Assembly: GCA_000934665.2 (NCBI GenBank)
Contig: KZ538040.1
Coordinates: 124,001 to 165,157 of the forward strand
DNA: 41,157 bases
Direction: 5' to 3'
DNA from: Catajapyx aquilonaris
Lineage: Eukaryota
The notes under the pieces are model-generated. The model was not told the origin of the DNA. It did not search any database and saw only the letters and a list, made by a program, of their open reading frames with translations. Positions 36,941 through 41,157 of this stretch are shown piece after piece (the first letter of the stretch is position 1; the number at the start of each line of letters is the position of its first letter). A program made the translations under genes and the position numbers.

Positions 36941-39178
36941 ATGTCCGCCATTTTTAGTCCAGAAAAATTGCTTTTCTTGACGTCCAATCTAGATTGTGCA
37001 AATTGTTATGAAACATTCGAAATTGATCCTCATCCTGTGAGGCTCTGAATGTTAATCTTTTTTTCTCTCTCTCTCGTTTAGAAGTAATCTTGCATTTGCA
37101 GGGATTGGAGCCGAATAGTTTTCCTCGAAGGGGGAACGTGGAAGAGAGAAGATGCAAAAACTTTTGCACATCAGCTAAATGGCGGTAATTGCCTCTCGGT
37201 TTTCCCTCCTTCGCCTGGTTTACATCCACCTCGACCAATTTGTCATTTAAGAGTCCGCTATAGGTTTGGGAGGTTGGAGGGGGGTGGAGAAACTCCTCCC
37301 GGTCTCTTGGTATTAAAGTGGTAGTAAACGGGCTTTTCTGAGGCCGTTTCTGAAGTCACGAAACAACTGGGAAAGTTATGCTCACTTAATGGCCTCAATT
37401 AGGAAATAGTCACCGGACTCATGAATCTTGAGGAATATCACCCCTTCGTGCTAAGAGGATTGGCCAGGCTTGTCTACATGAAGGACTGTGCGAGGGGCAA
37501 TTAAACAGCCCCAGAGTTTGGCAGTCAAATACTCCCCAAATGTGATTAACTTATAACTTAGAGGGGGTTATAAAATGGTCGTCAATGCAGCGCGTGTTTC
37601 GTTATTTCCTTGTTTATTAGGAAAATGGACGCAGTTCTGGAAAATGGATCGGAAATGGCCGCCTTCTGTTGGGGATAGCCCTGCATTTTTTACTGGAAAG
37701 GTTCACCTACTGTACGCTAATAAATGCTGTTAATTTACAAGTGTCTTAACATTAGGATAAAATCGAACTTATCTGGACAAAAATGCCAATAAAGTATTAC
37801 TGAAAGTGAATGTCCATTTTTGACGGACTAAAAATGGCGGATTCCTATTTAAGGCATTTTAACCCTCTATTTTCGTACCGGGAACGTCCATTCTGTCTAC
37901 TTGAACTTTTAAGCATTTAGAGGCAATAAAATGTACAGTGCAAATATAATACCCTACTTTTCAAAGATCATGTCCAGTCTGGACTAAACATGGCGGCCTC
38001 CTACAATGCAGACCAACCCAGCATTTTCCTACTGGAAATATCCAATATTTCGTGCTCGTTTCTTGACCTGGTCTGGGGAAATACGATGACCACTTTCACT
38101 TTAGTCTGTTATCGTCGAAAAATATCCGCCACTGGTGCTTACAAGTTTTGCAAAAGTTGGTAACAGTTAATGGTGTGTTCGATCCCTTCTCTCTGATTTA
38201 TCTGATGGAATAGGCGGGACAGCAGGGTACATAAGGAAGGGTTGAATCTTGGGGTAAAGTAAGTGACTCAACCGGAGGTTTCGTGATGGCGAATTTTTGA
38301 GGCCCCTCCACTTCTATTGGTCACCTCCTTTGGTTATGAGGCTCTCTCAATCGGGGAGACTCTATCTCACCCGAAAATCTTCAGGGGATTTGGCCCACCT
38401 GGCCACTGACTTTGCTTCTGAAGCGCCCCAGTCCCTGCCAATACTTCCAGGATAATTACGTACCTTTTCCTTCACGTGTCGAGATAACGATCCTACTCTA
38501 GTCAAACCCCCCGTTCTTAAGGTTGTCAGGTGGAAACAAAAAAGAAAATAAAAAGAAAGGGTTTTAATAAGTTCTGGACCCACCACCACCCATTTACAGT
38601 CACGGGATTTCCATATTGGAAGTTCGGGCTTCCTCGAATGGAATTATGTGAAAAGCAGGTGTAAGCATAGATAACGAGCAATTTGAGGAGGAAACGATGG
38701 GTTATAAATTACGTCATTTAATGGATATGGGTGTCATGTACTGTCACACTACCTCGAACACCCCTTTTAAAATATGTAGCCTTCATCTTCACTTTTGAAA
38801 AGGTGTACCCGTACAGCAATCAAAAAAATAAACATGGCAAATAAATGAGTACGCTAATAAATAAAATCATAATAGAATAAGTACCATAAATAAGTACGTA
38901 AAATAAAGTAATAATAACAAGTAAATAATGGAATAAATAAGCACGTAAGAAAATTACCAATTGATTGATTGAATGAATTAATAAAATAATAACATACCTT
39001 TATGTAACAAACATAAGTCAATATGAATAAATAAAAGTCTAGACTTCATGGAGAAAATAAAATAAAACAAGTAGCCTACGCAATAATAATTATACTTGTT
39101 ACATGCACTTTAGCTCATAATATTGCTCTGCATGACAGTAAAAATAGTTACAAATGCTTTTCACCTTTGTAGTGGGCC

Positions 39179-39210
<32 letters not shown>

Positions 39211-40304
39211 GGTTTAGGGGAATTATGCTATCATTTTTGCCTCACAATCTCCTCGAGACACATCGATTTGATGACTGTTTCGTGTCGATAATACGAGGCT
39301 AATTGTCCTGGTCATTTACGTCACATTGACCGCGGATACGTCACGCACGTCCAATCAATCATCTGGCAGTCACATGACGCCAAAAAAAGAATCCATGGCC
39401 ACACCCTAACTATTCAGAAGAACCGGAGGACGTAAAAAATTTAACAGGGCCCAGGATGACGTGTTGTCTAGTCTTGAAACAGGGTCGACCTCCCCCACAC
39501 CCCTTGCACTCCTTCTTTCTTTTGATTTAGCGAATCGTTTTTGCACAAATGCTGCCCATTCGTATGAAAAACGTCCCTGGCGGAAGTCCATAAAAGAGAA
39601 GGAGAATGGGATACAAAAGGCGGACCAAACGAGGATCTACAAGCCATTTCCGAGAGTTTGGTGCAGGCGACAAAAAGCAAAGATGGCGCTAAGCATCGGG
39701 CCTTCTTTTCCTCTTCTCTCTTTTTTTTCACCTATAGAGAAAGAGGATAGAAGAAGAAAAAATCAGCGCTTTTTTTTCTTCAAGGAAGTGACAAGGGAAT
39801 TCCATTTCCTTGGTCCCTTCTCTTGTTGAGGAATAATCCCCTTTCGCGGAGATTAAGACATGCCATTTTGCCGTTTGATTGAGTGACTAGAAAGGAAGGG
39901 GGGGGACACAATGACTAGTCTTCAAATATCCCTCCCCGCCCAAGTCTTTTCATGTCTGCTTTCTTGCCTGGAAGAGATTGTTTTAGACCAAAGACTGGAA
40001 CGAACCGATTTTTTTTATATCTCCTATATAGCTATTGCTAGCCGCAACAATTCGATTTCAGTCCCATAGAGTGGATTTTTGTTCGTTTGAAGGATTTTGT
40101 TGCTTTTTTTTAGAGAGAGAGAGAAAATTCGAGCTTCAATACGTGCAATGTTGCACACAATCTTCTGAAGCTGGAGATGGTGCAAAGCTGTGATTGGCCC
40201 TATTCAATTCATCATTTGCAATTGAAATCGGCGTCACTTGTTAATTTTTATTGAATTGAATGCACATGAAAAGTGAATAGGCGACGGAAATAAATGGCAG
40301 GAAA

Positions 40305-40771
40305 TGTGCTATAAATGGATTTTTTTTAAGAGTGCGCACCTTCACTCGCGAGCTCCTCTGTTGTGCGGGCAACAACGTCGCAAACTTCAGCTACTTTGTT
40401 TCGCCAAGCGTAGCGTTGGAAATATTGGCATACCGGTAGGCTACATCCACCATACAGATATAGGTACAATAGTGGAAATTAATGGAGAAGCATAAGTATT
40501 GCCTCCTGGCGCAGCTTTTTCTTTACATGAAGCTGCTTCATGTGAAGGAAAGACTCTGCCAGGCGGCGATACTTGCGCCTATCCATTAATTTCCACCACT
40601 GCACAACAGCTTTCAGAAAGGGACGTGACGTATGATTAGCCTACGTTTCATGAAAAGTTATCATACAGTACGTCACATCCTTTTACCAACAATCATTGAT
40701 AATTCCAGCAGTGCGCACTGCGCAAACTTGCGGACTAGGGTGCGCTCGTAAAAAAAATCACATATAGCGCA
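40305..40771 (+). mobile_element. MITE family X, copy D (with TIRs, carrying two hairpins)
   Basis: TIRs tgtgctata..tggattttttttaagagtgcgcacc / gggtgcgctcgtaaaaaaaatcacatatagcgca. Core caacgtcgcaaac..ccaagcgtagcgttggaaata..caccatacaga..ttacca..atcattgataat.cca. Confidence 0.75.
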
Positions 40772-41157
40772 AATTGCACTTACTGTAAGTGAAACCTAAT
40801 GTGCCACTAGAGGTCAAGGAATGGAATTAAGTCGCGTTGAAGCCCCAAAGCTTTTTTTTCTTCTTCTTCTTCTTCAAACCTTCAAGTCAGGCAGAGCATG
40901 GCGACGCGGGCAAATGATCCCCACTTGGGGAAACCTCAAGTGTCCCATCCAGCAAAAAGGAGTACAAAAGGCTTTCAAGCTACCAGGGATACGCGTCGAG
41001 CTAACTCCATCAACGCTTAACCAGCTTCCCGGCAGGAGTCAGTTTGCCATCCTGTGCGGAATCTCAATGAGAAGATCTAGCGCCCCCCTCAAAAAAGAAA
41101 TAGGACACATTCTCGCCCAACCTGAGAGCAATTTTTAGGATTCGCCCCCCCCCCCCT

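Noticed and set aside
40803..40816. CTCF-like ccactagaggtc, and tagatggcgc motifs near 6162 and 15761
   Set aside because: Partial matches that are expected by chance in 41 kb, with no supporting evidence.
26928..41157. Search for the UNC-5 transmembrane/ZU5 exons downstream, and Ig exons upstream of 7581
   Set aside because: I found no acceptor followed by a fitting reading frame by eye. They are probably outside the window, though a small exon could have been missed.

Overview
Eukaryotic (invertebrate, probably arthropod) genomic DNA. Nearly the whole window appears to be intron of a + strand netrin-receptor gene of the UNC-5 family. Two symmetric phase-1 exons encode the two thrombospondin type-1 repeats (7581-7748, 20080-20244). 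A 48-nt in-frame candidate micro-exon (26880-26927) follows. I found no Ig-domain, transmembrane, ZU5 or death-domain exons, so these presumably lie outside the window. The introns are packed with small non-coding mobile elements: a hAT MITE with an 8-bp target-site duplication (TSD), two DINE-1/HINE-like Helentron-type elements, several MITEs with terminal inverted repeats (TIRs), and about ten unrelated fold-backs. There are also several minisatellites. The most unusual structure is a four-copy MITE family in which two copies carry different palindromic cassettes at the same internal site. I saw no transposase, RNA gene, CRISPR array or other credible protein-coding gene. All alignments were done by eye, so repeat boundaries are approximate.
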